Part shown: positions 17,401 to 26,851 of the stretch, piece after piece
Layout: each line of letters begins with the position of its first letter
How positions within the stretch are numbered: position 1 is the first letter of the stretch
IMG/VR virus record: IMGVR_UViG_3300046542_000361
DNA: 51,436 bases
Source: a virus
Lineage: Duplodnaviria > Heunggongvirae > Uroviricota > Caudoviricetes
Strand: one strand, 5' to 3'
Position numbers and translations under genes: made by a program
Notes under the pieces: model-generated
Databases searched by the model: none
Seen by the model: only the letters and a program-made list of their open reading frames with translations
Told to the model about the DNA's origin: nothing

Positions 17401-18758
17401 AGACCCTCTTCGTGCGGAACAGGCTCGACGTCCGGGCGATAAAAGTCGTCCGGATTGTTGTAGCCGACGAGCGCGACCGTGTGGCGGGCCTTCTGTGCAG
17501 TGCCGGCGTAGTTGAAGTCGCCGACGACGTTGGCCGGCGAGAACAGCTTGACCGGATCGGACGGCATGTCAGCCGTCGCAAACACCTGGCCGAGCGACCA
17601 GTAGGCCATGCCGCGCCAGGCCGTCGAGATCTGCTGCAGCACGCGCCAGGCGTCCTCACGCGACCGCAGGACGCCGTTGTAGGTATAGCGGGGCTCATAG
17701 ATCCACTGGCCGGTGTCAGCGTTCTTGAAGCCCGATTTGACCTGCTGGTCGCAATACTGGGCGATCTGGTAGAGTGACCACTTGTCGACGATCTGGGCAG
17801 AGACGAACTCGCCAAGGCCATAGCGGTCATTGGTCAGGAGGTCGTAGAAGATCCAGGCCGGGTTGTTGGTCCAGGCCTGCTTGAACGTGCCATCCCAGAA
17901 GCCGGTGTAGACGCGGGTGATCGGGTTGTAGTTCGACGGCACGGAAATGATCAGGCCGCGGTAGCGATAGTTGCGCGCCGGCACCGACTGACCCATGTCC
18001 TCGGCGTTGACTTCCATCGCGATGAGAGCGGTGTTCGGATAGGTGAACTTGCCTTCGACGACGACCGTGTAGCTTTCGAAGACGGTATCGTTGGAGAGCG
18101 TGTCGCTGTCGCTGTCTGCCGTCAGACGGACAACGCGGATATCCCAGGGATGACCACCGAGCGGCAGGTCGATGCGATGGGCGCGCTGGACGGCCGAGGT
18201 GCATTTCTGGTTGACCAGGTTCTCGGTATGAGCGCGCTGCCAGGAGCCCTGATAGCCGCGCACGTCGATCGCATAGGAGACCGATGCGGTTCCGAGCTTG
18301 CCGGTCTTCTTGTCCTGCTTGACGAGCGCCGGCAGCTTGATGATGACGCGCACCGAGTCGGCGTTTTCTTCGTTGATGGTGCGCACGACCGGGCCGGTGT
18401 TGGCCTTGACCTGGGTGTCGACAGAAAACGGCGTCTCGACCTGCGGGAAGCCCGTCAGGTGCGCCTGGTCGGGATAGCCGAGGCGCTGATCAATGATGAC
18501 GTTCTGAAAATTCCGGCTGGAGTTTTCATTGATGACGGGCGTCTGCTCGAAATGCACGCCCTTGCCGTAGACGCTCGCGCTCAGCACATTGCCGAGGCTG
18601 TCAATCAGACCGACGCAGGGGCCTTCGGAAACGATCTCGACCATGCGCACGCGCGCCTTCGAGCGCAGCGTGTTGTCCGCATTCGAACCACCACCACCGC
18701 CCTTGCCCTTACCGCCGCCCTTCGAGCCGCGAATGAGTTCCATATCTTCAGTGATCAT
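14430..18758 (-). CDS. Central tail fibre / tip attachment protein (lambda J-like)
   Basis: GSKGGG start, SEGP..GL, YPNTAL, WTNNPAWIFYDLLT, Fn3-like repeats, C-terminal SLSAISANIGTIT. Confidence 0.93.
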   Translation of the reverse strand: MITEDMELIRGSKGGGKGKGGGGGSNADNTLRSKARVRMVEIVSEGPCVGLIDSLGNVLSASVYGKGVHFEQTPVINENSSRNFQNVIIDQRLGYPDQAHLTGFPQVETPFSVDTQVKANTGPVVRTINEENADSVRVIIKLPALVKQDKKTGKLGTASVSYAIDVRGYQGSWQRAHTENLVNQKCTSAVQRAHRIDLPLGGHPWDIRVVRLTADSDSDTLSNDTVFESYTVVVEGKFTYPNTALIAMEVNAEDMGQSVPARNYRYRGLIISVPSNYNPITRVYTGFWDGTFKQAWTNNPAWIFYDLLTNDRYGLGEFVSAQIVDKWSLYQIAQYCDQQVKSGFKNADTGQWIYEPRYTYNGVLRSREDAWRVLQQISTAWRGMAYWSLGQVFATADMPSDPVKLFSPANVVGDFNYAGTAQKARHTVALVGYNNPDDFYRPDVEPVPHEEGLRRYGWREKQVSLQGCTSRGLAHRYGKWILDVEQNETETVDFSASWDSTDVRPGDIIAIADPAKAQIRLGGRLKAAEETQLWLDGPFVPTLGATYQVYVTLPNGEVKLCDIASFANELFENGESIGYDRIVLADELVELPLVNSMWVMRGTDIQPRLYRVITIKEDKKNIFAITALFHDPNKYFRVENIGVLQPTTYTRPNNESLPVENLQVHEVSYLENGLPKSTLTLSWSNPRDFLTKEYEVAMLSPTSGYNIVGTTQNNSIDITELPTGEYTFYVYAISFSSVRSQPAALEYEIAGWAVAASPTVSNLKLNDSEDGVHFSGSTANISWFNNFPVTTSVTADGATVANVRSPFYDFNTIKVWDTTTGTLLRTQKVESTIYGYTLEMNAADTKRAGLAGPTRTLRFDVTVTDTLARESNPATISVSNPVPAAFNPTAFVSVTNIHLNWPTQVDTDLAGVLIWVETTADFDPYATTPRYDGTGSAYVFPGEELQTYYVRAAAYDAFGKTGLNISPAMLVSTTGLFETDPPAVPTGLAVATDFVDGVARVSATWNANAETDVVAYDFAVKQGVGNWVVLPVAVNSCEFDAIAGFDYEIKVRARDRLGNVSDFCEALTIKAVVDTEAPSVPTGASAIGLFRSIWVDWELSPETDVSFYEVEATKGGLSTIYFCQAPAFIHSSLTVGDVWSYRVRAVDTSENRSDWGDVATATAGAINPGDLPPDALISSFALIDEAFIESAHIVEIDAGKIKAGSILSGSVIVATSGGNIPLSDIGASGDPADTINNGTTQIEPGMIKISSGVSLADWRYGGDTTMINGGALAANSVHANVLTIGMRGITTDGLNFEHNSPTINSVAWTSGTIRYIGDDGNTASRAITAGNAVWTSGFLYLIWVKGANTITATTDPAVAFGANAVILALYLGGKDLTANYGRTTIDGSNIKTGTIQATALSVSSLSAISANIGTITSGLLQSSDGKMQVDLNNKRILIADNT

Positions 18759-18761
18759 CCG

Positions 18762-19358
18762 TCAGTTCCCGAGCTGTTCGATATCGACGCCGGCCGACAC
18801 AAGGGCGCCGCCCGTGATCACGTCGCCGTAGACAAGCGGCAGCGCGCCGCCCTGGTCGTAGGTGTTGCCTGGCCCGGACGAGACGTAGCTGTCCTCCTTC
18901 TTCTCATCCTTCTCCTCGGGCGAGAGCATCTGGCTCACACCGGCGACAGCGAGCGCCACGCCGAGGATTGCCATGTTGCCGTAGGTGACACCGCCCAGAG
19001 CTCCACCTGCGATCGGGGCTGCGAGCGCGCCGCCCGAAAACAGGAAGGCGGCGCCGACCAGTGCGACGCCGAGGACGACCTTCAGCAGCCCGCCGCGCTT
19101 GGAGCCGGCGATATGCGGAGCGATGTGCAGCGGCGCTTTGCCGAGCCGGTAGGAGGAGCAGAGCTCGAGGTCGAGATCGCGACCGGTGTCGATGTCATTG
19201 CCGCGGACGACGTGAAACTCGCCGGCGCGCATGGCTTGCTCGAAGCCGCGGAAGTTGACGCAGAGCGCACGCACTGCCTCGGCAGCCGTTTCGACTTCCA
19301 TGTCGAACTCGTAACCGAAGCGTGCGCCGAGTGCGCCGTGCAGGTAGATCTTACGCAT
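18762..19358 (-). CDS. Tail assembly protein I-like
   Basis: MRKIYLHGALGARFG...AEAVRAL...LPLVYGDV. Confidence 0.88.
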   Translation of the reverse strand: MRKIYLHGALGARFGYEFDMEVETAAEAVRALCVNFRGFEQAMRAGEFHVVRGNDIDTGRDLDLELCSSYRLGKAPLHIAPHIAGSKRGGLLKVVLGVALVGAAFLFSGGALAAPIAGGALGGVTYGNMAILGVALAVAGVSQMLSPEEKDEKKEDSYVSSGPGNTYDQGGALPLVYGDVITGGALVSAGVDIEQLGN

Positions 19359-20106
19359 TGGGTTTCCCCGTGTAACGGATCCACATTTCGGCGTGGCGCG
19401 CCCAGATGCCGGCCGGTTCACGGCGCGACAGGCGCTTGGGGAAATGCTGGGCGATCGTGTCCTGCGTCAGCAGCACGCCACCGTGATTGAACTTCTCGGA
19501 GTGCCACTTCAGGAGGAAGACGTCTCCCGGCCTGACGTCGGAGGCCGGGATCGCGGTGAAACCTTCGCCGGCCATGCCGTCGATGTAGAGATCCGCGTCG
19601 GAATCCCACCAGCCCTCGTCGCGCGGCTGTTCGCTGATGAGGTGCGGTGCGAGCGGCCAGTCGACGCCTTGGGCAGCACAGCCCTCCTTACCCAGGCGAA
19701 AGACGTCACGGATCAGCCCGAAGCAGTCGGTGATGCCAGGCACGAATTCGCGGCCGAGCAGCGGCGGAATATTGTCGTCGTCGCCCCAGATGATCGGGCG
19801 ACCCATGCGCTCTTCGTCGAGCGGGATGATCGCCCACGGCAGATCGGACTTCATCTGACCGATCATGTCGATCTTGGAGGGGTGCAGCGGGCCATTCGGG
19901 TGCGAATGGACGATCGCCTGCATCTTGCCGGTGCGGATGGCGTTCTTGTAGTCGGCCGGATGGATCGCAAAGTCCTGGGTCGGATCTTCAGCGACGTTGC
20001 GGCAGCGCATATACTCGCCACCGACAATGATACCGCAGCTCTCCTGCGGGAAAACCTGGCGCGCGTGCGTCTGCGCGGCGCTAACGATAGCGTCCGTGAA
20101 AATCAT
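19351..20106 (-). CDS. Tail assembly protein K-like (JAB + NlpC/P60)
   Basis: PQESCG, HSHP...PS..D, DCFGL, HGGV. Confidence 0.9.
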   Translation of the reverse strand: MIFTDAIVSAAQTHARQVFPQESCGIIVGGEYMRCRNVAEDPTQDFAIHPADYKNAIRTGKMQAIVHSHPNGPLHPSKIDMIGQMKSDLPWAIIPLDEERMGRPIIWGDDDNIPPLLGREFVPGITDCFGLIRDVFRLGKEGCAAQGVDWPLAPHLISEQPRDEGWWDSDADLYIDGMAGEGFTAIPASDVRPGDVFLLKWHSEKFNHGGVLLTQDTIAQHFPKRLSRREPAGIWARHAEMWIRYTGKPNA

Positions 20107-20813
20107 GGTCTGACCCTTCCAACACCGGGGAAGCCGCCGAACGGCAGCGGATTGTTCTCGCCAAAGCGAAGCTTGCAGCAGCTGACCGAGCGCGACGGCT
20201 CATCCTTGTCTGCCGTGGTCGGCAGATCCTGCTTGTCGAAATAACGGTTGCCGGTGTAGGGGCACTGGGCCTTCGAATAATCGAAGATGCCGGTGTTCCG
20301 GTTGAATGCGCGGTAGCGCCACAGGCAGGTGTCGCGGATAACCTGGCGACCAGGCAGCATCTTGCCTTCCTGGTCGATCGCAGCCGACAGCTCCCACTCG
20401 ACATAGACGGGGTTTTCGGATGCCTTGCGCTCGACCTTGAAGATGTCGGGGCCGAAGATCGCCGACGGATCGGGATCATCACCATCGTCGAGGTGCTGCC
20501 GGAAGGTGCGGATACGTCGGATCTCGCAGCCGAGCAGATCGCCATAGGTGTTGATGGCCGACTGAATCAGGCCGTCGGAGTTGGCAAGGCGGATCATCGG
20601 CGTCGGCAGCGCGCCCTGACCGGAGATCTCGAAGCCTTCGAACTCGACGTCGGCAGGCTGATACTCGATGCCGTCATGGACGATCGCGCCGCCCTCGACC
20701 CGACCCTGGACAAAATAAAACATCCCGCCGCCGACGGACGTTGCGTCCAGTCGGAACAGCGAGACGTATTCGCCTGGGTTGAGGCTTTGCGCGGTCTGAT
20801 AGATCGTAACCAT
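20103..20813 (-). CDS. Minor tail protein L-like
   Basis: CLWRYR...CPYTG...CCKLRFG...LPFGGFPG Cys cluster. Confidence 0.9.
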   Translation of the reverse strand: MVTIYQTAQSLNPGEYVSLFRLDATSVGGGMFYFVQGRVEGGAIVHDGIEYQPADVEFEGFEISGQGALPTPMIRLANSDGLIQSAINTYGDLLGCEIRRIRTFRQHLDDGDDPDPSAIFGPDIFKVERKASENPVYVEWELSAAIDQEGKMLPGRQVIRDTCLWRYRAFNRNTGIFDYSKAQCPYTGNRYFDKQDLPTTADKDEPSRSVSCCKLRFGENNPLPFGGFPGVGRVRP

Positions 20814-20839
20814 GGGGCTCCTGAATGAAGAAGCCTATG

Positions 20840-20859
20840 GTAAATCAATATTGACTGAC
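20840..20859. promoter_or_regulatory. 20-bp palindromic motif A
   Basis: GTAAATCAATATTGACTGAC. Confidence 0.7.
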
Positions 20860-20890
20860 TGCCAACCTAGATTTTGATCGGACCTGGCAT

Positions 20891-21247
20891 TTAGACCTCG
20901 TGCGTATTGGACTGAACGAAGGTCGCGGTGATCTTACGGGTGCCATCCGTGTTGACGGTGTCGTCCCATTCCCGGCAGGTCCACTTGACCGGCACGTTCT
21001 CACGCGGCGCGGTGTAGTAGAACGAGAGATCCCCGCCCCGCTCGTCGAGGAAGTCGGAGATCGCCCAGGCCTGTTCGTCGGTCAGGACTTCCCAGGAAAT
21101 CGACAGCTCGCGCCTGCGGTGATTGATGCCGGCGCGCGTTGGTTGGCTGTAGCCTTCGCCGAATTCAGCCTCGAGGATATTGTATTTGGTCTTGCGGCCG
21201 ATGCCCGGCGACGGCTGAATGGGCGGTTCGAAGGTTGGAAGTGCCAT
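20891..21247 (-). CDS. Minor tail protein M-like (distal tail)
   Basis: FGEGYSQ...GIN...FLDERGG..SF; position after the tape measure gene. Confidence 0.85.
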   Translation of the reverse strand: MALPTFEPPIQPSPGIGRKTKYNILEAEFGEGYSQPTRAGINHRRRELSISWEVLTDEQAWAISDFLDERGGDLSFYYTAPRENVPVKWTCREWDDTVNTDGTRKITATFVQSNTHEV

Positions 21248-24200
21248 TATCTACCCTTTCCTGCAGAAAGCATGTTGCCTGGACGCATCTGGCGCGACAG
21301 CTCGTCAACGACGACGCCGCGCATGGTGCTCTCCATCTGAGCACCCATCTGCTTGGCGAGGTCGGCGTTCTGTTCGGGCGTGCCACCACTGGCATTGACC
21401 GTCACCGGCGCGTTGATCGCGATCGTCTGGCCTCCACCGCTGCCGCTGGACATCTTGTCGCCCATTGCCGACATCTGCTCCTTGGTGAAGATGCCCTCTT
21501 CCTTCTTGGCGATGATCGGGATCTCACCCGGCAGCAGACGACGACCACCGATCGCGTTGGCGCCGGAGTGGAACTTCCTGGCGTTCTTGAAGATCGCAGG
21601 ATTGACCATGCGGCTCATCGACACACCCTGGCCGAGCATCGCACCGGTATGCGCCATGCCGACGGTTGCCTTGCCAGCTTTACCCGCGCCGGCGCCGGCC
21701 GTGGTCGCACCCTTAGACGCCTTGCTGCCCAGACCACCCGCGCCACCCGACTTCGAGCCCATCATGCCCGACATCATCTTCTTGATGAAGATATTGATGA
21801 TCGAGCTGGCGACCTGCTGAAGCGACTGCATCGCCGACTTCAGGCTGCCCGTGCCGGAGATAAGACCGGTCAGACCATCAGCGATGGAGTCCGTCCACTG
21901 CGTCGAAGCCTGGGCGAGGTTGTCCTGAAGATTGCCCCACTCCTTCATCTGCTTCGTCATCGGATCTTGCGCGGCAAACTTCTGACGGATCGCGGCCTTC
22001 TCGGCTTCAAACTGCTCGGTCGCCTGAACGTCGAGCTGGCCGGCGTTGCGATAGTAGGCGATCTTAGCGTCGACCTCGGCGAGCTCCTGCTGCATGGCCG
22101 CCTGGCGCGAAGCCGTTTCGGTCATCAGGCCGCGCTGCAGTTCGCGGGTCTTGGCGTTGGAGTTGGAGACGTCCTGCAGCAGCTCGGTCTGACCGAACAT
22201 CGCAAGCGCCTGGTGCTTCTTCTCCTGGGCGGCCGCGTAGGCGGTCGAGTCCTTGCCGTAGATCGTTTCGACGTCGCGCAGGTAGTCATCCATCGACGCG
22301 CGAAGCTGCACCAGGCCGTCGCTTTCCAGCTTGACGTTCGGGTCTTTGGCCTTGGTCTTGAGCTGCTCGATCTGGCGCTGAAGCTGAAGCTCCTGCTCCT
22401 TGATCTTGATCTGGGCGTTGTCGATGTTGCCGGATGCCTGCTTCTTGTCGGCGCGCGACTTCTCGGCAGTGTCCAGCTCTCGTGCCAGGCGCAGCAATTC
22501 CTTAGCCTGGTCGGTCTGCAGCGCTTCTTCGCCTTTGCCACCACCGAGCTTACCACTGGAGATCAGCTTGGAGACGGCGCGATAGTTCTTGTCCAAACCG
22601 TCAAGGCTCTCTGCAGCCTCGTCGATCAGCCGGACGAGCTCGGTCTTCTTGTCGTTGGCGAGCTGAGCCTTCTGGTCGTCGTTAAGCTGGTTTTCCTTCG
22701 CCGTCAGCTCGCCGGTCGCCTCAACGGCAGTCGCAAGCAGCCTGTTGCGCGCCTCGAGGTATTCGTTACCCTCTGCGTAGGCAGCACTCGGATCGGCCGA
22801 ACCCTGGTTTTCGAACGGGTTGCGAAGGTTGAACGACTTGTTCATGTCGAAGGCAGGGGTTGCCTCGCCAGTGCCATCGCCGCCCTTCCATTCGAAGTGC
22901 ATCGCATCCTTCATCGACTTCCAGTCGCCGCCCCAGGAGAGGCCGTGCTTGGCTGCCATTTCGCGAATGTTCGCGGGCATGTCGGTGACGAGATTACTGC
23001 CGTAAGGGTTCTGGCCGGGATTGATGTCGATCGCATTGCCAAAGGCGTGCTCAGACAGGCCCTTGCCGTTGACCTTGTTGCGCAAGTTGTAGCCGCCCAG
23101 CGACTTGATCTTGTAGCCGGAGCCGATCAACTCGTCGAGGAAGCCCTTGAAGGCATCAGCGGCCGCCTTGTGAACCTGAACGGTCATGCCGTCCTTGGTC
23201 ATCACCGAGGTGATGTTGTCGTCCTTCCAGCCGGCCGAGCGCGGATCGCCGAAGGTGTTCATGTTCTTCGACATCAGGTTGGCGCCGGACGTCGGCATGC
23301 CGGTGAAGCCCATCATGCCCTTCAGCGGGCCATTCTGGCCGCCTGCGCTGAAATCCTGAAGTCCGCGGGCCATTCCGTCGAAGCTGATGCCGTTAACGCC
23401 AGTGCCGATCCCTGTGACAATGCCAAGGGTCTTTGCAAGGACGTCATTCATCGTCGTGATCTTGGTAACAGCGGTCTGGCCGAAGGTCTTGTCGACCGAC
23501 TGGCCGAGAGCGTCAGTGACCCTGCCCTGAACGGTCAGTCCCTTGATCGCATCCTGAAGCGCCTGCATGGCCGGCGAGTTCGAGCCAAGGCCCGGATAGG
23601 CGCCCGACTTGATCTTGCGCTCGATCTTTTCGCCTTCCGTCAGCTCGCGGCCGAGCGCCTTCTCCTCGAGCGCCATACGCTCTTCGACCAGCTTGATGCG
23701 GGCAGCCTCGATATCGCTTTGCAGCGAGTTGGCGCCCTTGTCCATTTCCTCGAGGGCGGCCTTCCGCTTCATCAGCAGCTCGATGCTGCCGGAGAGTTCC
23801 TGGACCTGTTCGCTGGACATGTTGCCATAGGCGCCGCGGGCCAGCTTTGCGAGGAACTCGCCGAGCTCCTCGTTGCCGCCCTGCAGCTTGTCCTCAAGAC
23901 CCTGCACGTCCTCGTTGGTGCGATCGAAGACCTTCTGCAGGTTCTCGAGCTGCTTGACCGAGTTCGAGGTAACGCCGACGTCCGGCAGAATGCCGTTCAT
24001 CTTGAGACCCGAGGTCTTTTCGCGCAGCGCGTCCAGCTTCTTCAGGATCTCGTCCAGCTCAAGCTGGCTGGTCAGCTGCATCGGACCCGTGCCGTTGCTC
24101 TTCCAGAGCTCGTTGACGGCCTGCTGAAGACGACCCTGCTGTTCCTTGTAAAGGTCAGCCGCGTTGTTCATCAGCGCTTCGGCGCGTTCCTTTTCGATCG

Positions 24201-26022
24201 CGTCGATGTCGCCCTTGGCCTGCTTTGCAGCGGCAACCTTGGCGTCGTATTCCTTCTGAATGTCTTCACGGCGGATCTGGTAGGCGCGCTGCTCAGCGGC
24301 TTCCTCACGATCCATATCGCGCAGCCGGAGATCGGCCACGTTCTTCGCGTCGGTCTCGGCGAGCTTGGTTCTGGCCTCCTGAAGCAGGAAGCTGTCACGC
24401 TCGAGCTCGGCCCGGCGCTTCTCGATGTCGTATTGATCCTCGAGCCGCTTGCGCTCGGCGTCCGCCTGGGAGGCCTTCGACGCCTTCGAGCCGAGGAACA
24501 TGCCGTTCTTGACCTGCGAGTTGATCGACTGCATGTCCTTGACGAGGTCGGCCTGGCGCCGGGCGATGTCCTTCTGGGCGTTCGGAAGCTGATCCTTGGC
24601 AAGCTGGCCGAACTCGCGCAGCGTGCTGATGGCTTCCTTGCCGCGATTGCCGAAGACGTCGAAGGCATCGGCGATCTCATAAATAGCCAGGCCGAGGATG
24701 CCGGCAGCCGGAACAAGACTCATGGCAGCCGAAGCCATTGCACGAAGGCCGGTGCTCGCGGCCGCCCGCGCAAGACGATCAACGCTCTCATACCCGACAG
24801 CAGTGTTGCGGAGCGCGGCCTGGTGCGCGCTGAGCATCGTGTTTGCGTCTGCAAACTTGAGCTTGATGATGTCGATCCCGCGCGTCATCGCCTGATAGCC
24901 GGCGCCGACCGACGACATGACGGATGCAGCGACCTTCAGGCCGACGACCCAGGCGGCAAGCTCGGCCGCGTTGTAGATTGCGGAGCGGAACTCGATCGCC
25001 TTTTCGATGACCGTCTGCAGGCCGGTCGCAACCGAGGCAAGAGTCTGGCCGATCTGCTGGGCAAAGATCTGGCCGCCCGGCGAAGCAAGCGCCTGGTTCA
25101 GCTGGCGGACCTGTTCGGTCACGGTATAGAAGAAGCCGCCCTCGTTGGCATTGCCGGTGCTCGCATCAACGTCGCCGATGATCTGCGCGAAGCCCTGCAA
25201 CTCCGTCTTGGTGCGGGCGAGCTGGCCGGTGAAGGTCTGCATCATGCGCGAAGCCGAACCACCGAAGGAGCGATCAAGCTCCTGATAGAAGGCGTCGAGC
25301 GCCGGGCCGGCAGCCATACGGCCGGTTGAAATGTGCTTGATAAGGGCCGCCATCGAGACGCCCATGGAAGCAGCCATCAGGGTCATCGCCTGCGGCATGG
25401 ACTCACCGATCTGCTGGCGCAGCTCTTCCATCTGAATGACGCCCTTGCCGGACGCCTGGGAGATACCGAGAACCGTGCGCTCGAGCGACTGACCATCACC
25501 ACCGAAGGCCGCGACGCCGTCGAGGATAGCCTTCAGGGAGCCGTTCATCGGATCGGTGCCGGTCGCCTTGAGCTTGGTGAACGACTTGGTGAGGTTGTCG
25601 AGGCTGAAGGGAGCGTCCTTCGCCATTTCGACGAGGCTCTGCACCTGGTTGGCCGCATCCTTGACCGGATCGGCAGCGCTCGACATCGAGCGCAGCATAT
25701 GCGTCAGACGTTCGAATTCAGCGTTGGTGCGGATAACAGCGCCAACCCAGGTATCCTGAACATTGATAATCTTGTTGAAGCCGACGGAGACGGCCGTGGT
25801 GACGATCGACACGTCGCGCAAGGTCGCCAGGAAGCCCTTGCCGGCCTCCTGCGACTTCTCCATCGAGCGGATAACCAGCTGGCCGTCAGAGGCCATGCGG
25901 CGCAGAGCCGGCGAGGAACGAGCGACGTTCCGGTTGAACTGTTCGATCGTTTCGCCAGCGTGCAGCATGCGCGTGGTGAACGAGCCGTCTACAAGTTCCA
26001 GTTCAACCTTAATTGCAGTCAT
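21247..26022 (-). CDS. Tape measure protein with internal M15 peptidase domain
   Basis: 1591 aa helical; N-terminal GKGVIQMEELRQQIGE; internal SEHAFGNAID...WGGDW...DAMHFE. Confidence 0.93.
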   Translation of the reverse strand: MTAIKVELELVDGSFTTRMLHAGETIEQFNRNVARSSPALRRMASDGQLVIRSMEKSQEAGKGFLATLRDVSIVTTAVSVGFNKIINVQDTWVGAVIRTNAEFERLTHMLRSMSSAADPVKDAANQVQSLVEMAKDAPFSLDNLTKSFTKLKATGTDPMNGSLKAILDGVAAFGGDGQSLERTVLGISQASGKGVIQMEELRQQIGESMPQAMTLMAASMGVSMAALIKHISTGRMAAGPALDAFYQELDRSFGGSASRMMQTFTGQLARTKTELQGFAQIIGDVDASTGNANEGGFFYTVTEQVRQLNQALASPGGQIFAQQIGQTLASVATGLQTVIEKAIEFRSAIYNAAELAAWVVGLKVAASVMSSVGAGYQAMTRGIDIIKLKFADANTMLSAHQAALRNTAVGYESVDRLARAAASTGLRAMASAAMSLVPAAGILGLAIYEIADAFDVFGNRGKEAISTLREFGQLAKDQLPNAQKDIARRQADLVKDMQSINSQVKNGMFLGSKASKASQADAERKRLEDQYDIEKRRAELERDSFLLQEARTKLAETDAKNVADLRLRDMDREEAAEQRAYQIRREDIQKEYDAKVAAAKQAKGDIDAIEKERAEALMNNAADLYKEQQGRLQQAVNELWKSNGTGPMQLTSQLELDEILKKLDALREKTSGLKMNGILPDVGVTSNSVKQLENLQKVFDRTNEDVQGLEDKLQGGNEELGEFLAKLARGAYGNMSSEQVQELSGSIELLMKRKAALEEMDKGANSLQSDIEAARIKLVEERMALEEKALGRELTEGEKIERKIKSGAYPGLGSNSPAMQALQDAIKGLTVQGRVTDALGQSVDKTFGQTAVTKITTMNDVLAKTLGIVTGIGTGVNGISFDGMARGLQDFSAGGQNGPLKGMMGFTGMPTSGANLMSKNMNTFGDPRSAGWKDDNITSVMTKDGMTVQVHKAAADAFKGFLDELIGSGYKIKSLGGYNLRNKVNGKGLSEHAFGNAIDINPGQNPYGSNLVTDMPANIREMAAKHGLSWGGDWKSMKDAMHFEWKGGDGTGEATPAFDMNKSFNLRNPFENQGSADPSAAYAEGNEYLEARNRLLATAVEATGELTAKENQLNDDQKAQLANDKKTELVRLIDEAAESLDGLDKNYRAVSKLISSGKLGGGKGEEALQTDQAKELLRLARELDTAEKSRADKKQASGNIDNAQIKIKEQELQLQRQIEQLKTKAKDPNVKLESDGLVQLRASMDDYLRDVETIYGKDSTAYAAAQEKKHQALAMFGQTELLQDVSNSNAKTRELQRGLMTETASRQAAMQQELAEVDAKIAYYRNAGQLDVQATEQFEAEKAAIRQKFAAQDPMTKQMKEWGNLQDNLAQASTQWTDSIADGLTGLISGTGSLKSAMQSLQQVASSIINIFIKKMMSGMMGSKSGGAGGLGSKASKGATTAGAGAGKAGKATVGMAHTGAMLGQGVSMSRMVNPAIFKNARKFHSGANAIGGRRLLPGEIPIIAKKEEGIFTKEQMSAMGDKMSSGSGGGQTIAINAPVTVNASGGTPEQNADLAKQMGAQMESTMRGVVVDELSRQMRPGNMLSAGKGR

Positions 26023-26032
26023 TCGTTCCTCA

Positions 26033-26052
26033 CTAAATCAGTTTTGATTTAT
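26033..26052. promoter_or_regulatory. 20-bp palindromic motif A (degenerate)
   Basis: CTAAATCAGTTTTGATTTAT. Confidence 0.55.
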
Positions 26053-26426
26053 CGACCATGGCGCACGATGCTCGCCCTCAGACCTTCGAGCTTGCCCCGG
26101 TCAAAACCGGGATCTGGCTCGCTTGCGTTGCTAGAGTTGACATCGAGTGCCTGAATGACCGGCTGGTAGACCATGATCTGCCCAAGTGCCTCGTCCAGAC
26201 GCTCCTGAAGCTGCTTGACACCCTCCTGGCTGGTCACGCCGGCCAGAAGATGCAGCCGCCTGAGATCCTCTTCAGCCCTGATCCGATCGACCTGCCGGTG
26301 ATAGAACCAGAACCGCTTGATCGGCATCCGCACGAGCTCGTCGTGCGAGAAGCCAAAGACCTTGACCACCCTGGCGAAGTAAAATCCGAAGTCGACGGAC
26401 TTTAGCTCGCCTTGGGTGCGTTTCCC
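26049..26426 (-). CDS. Tail chaperone T (C-terminal part of the G-T frameshift product)
   Basis: The -1 frame is open from the slippery site: GKRTQGELKSVDFGFYFARVVKVFGF... Confidence 0.8.
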   Translation of the reverse strand, partial: GKRTQGELKSVDFGFYFARVVKVFGFSHDELVRMPIKRFWFYHRQVDRIRAEEDLRRLHLLAGVTSQEGVKQLQERLDEALGQIMVYQPVIQALDVNSSNASEPDPGFDRGKLEGLRASIVRHGR

Positions 26427-26758
26427 GAGGCACCCTCGCCGGCTGGCTTGACCTCTTCGGCCTTCTCGCCGTTTGCGGTCATCACGAAGTCGCGGATCTT
26501 GTGGAGTTGGGACAGCTTCAACTTGCGCAGCTCGTCTTCCGGAATGGACGGAAGGGTGCGGCCGATAATCGACAGCGTGACCTCGAGCTCCTTTTCGACA
26601 GACGCACCGATCGACAGGCTTTCGATTGCGCGGGCCGTGGTGATGAAGTCGCTCACATTGGTTTCGACGACCTTATGCTCCTTGCCATTGAGCTTGATGG
26701 TGAAATCGACAGGCGATTCAATTGCATCCAGGTCGAGATAAACGGGTTCAACAGGCAT
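26402..26758 (-). CDS. Tail assembly chaperone G
   Basis: 118 aa between major tail and tape measure genes; ends just after the slippery heptamer. Confidence 0.85.
   Translation of the reverse strand: MPVEPVYLDLDAIESPVDFTIKLNGKEHKVVETNVSDFITTARAIESLSIGASVEKELEVTLSIIGRTLPSIPEDELRKLKLSQLHKIRDFVMTANGEKAEEVKPAGEGASGNAPKAS
26420..26426 (-). other. -1 ribosomal frameshift site G GGA AAC
   Basis: X XXY YYZ heptamer in the correct phase (TCG GGA AAC). Confidence 0.85.
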
Positions 26759-26811
26759 GTTGGGGTTTTCATCCTTCTGAAACGAAAAAGACTTACCGAG
26801 AGAAATTCCCG

Positions 26812-26831
26812 GTAAGTCAATTTTGATTTAC
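26812..26831. promoter_or_regulatory. 20-bp palindromic motif A
   Basis: GTAAGTCAATTTTGATTTAC. Confidence 0.7.
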
Positions 26832-26851
26832 TTTGCGGAGCAAAGCAAGGG

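Noticed and set aside
21139-25329. 1396-aa plus-strand ORF
   Set aside because: Antisense shadow of the tape measure gene caused by high-GC codon bias; no motifs. The same applies to other long plus-strand ORFs (e.g. 14865..16385, 29883..31547).
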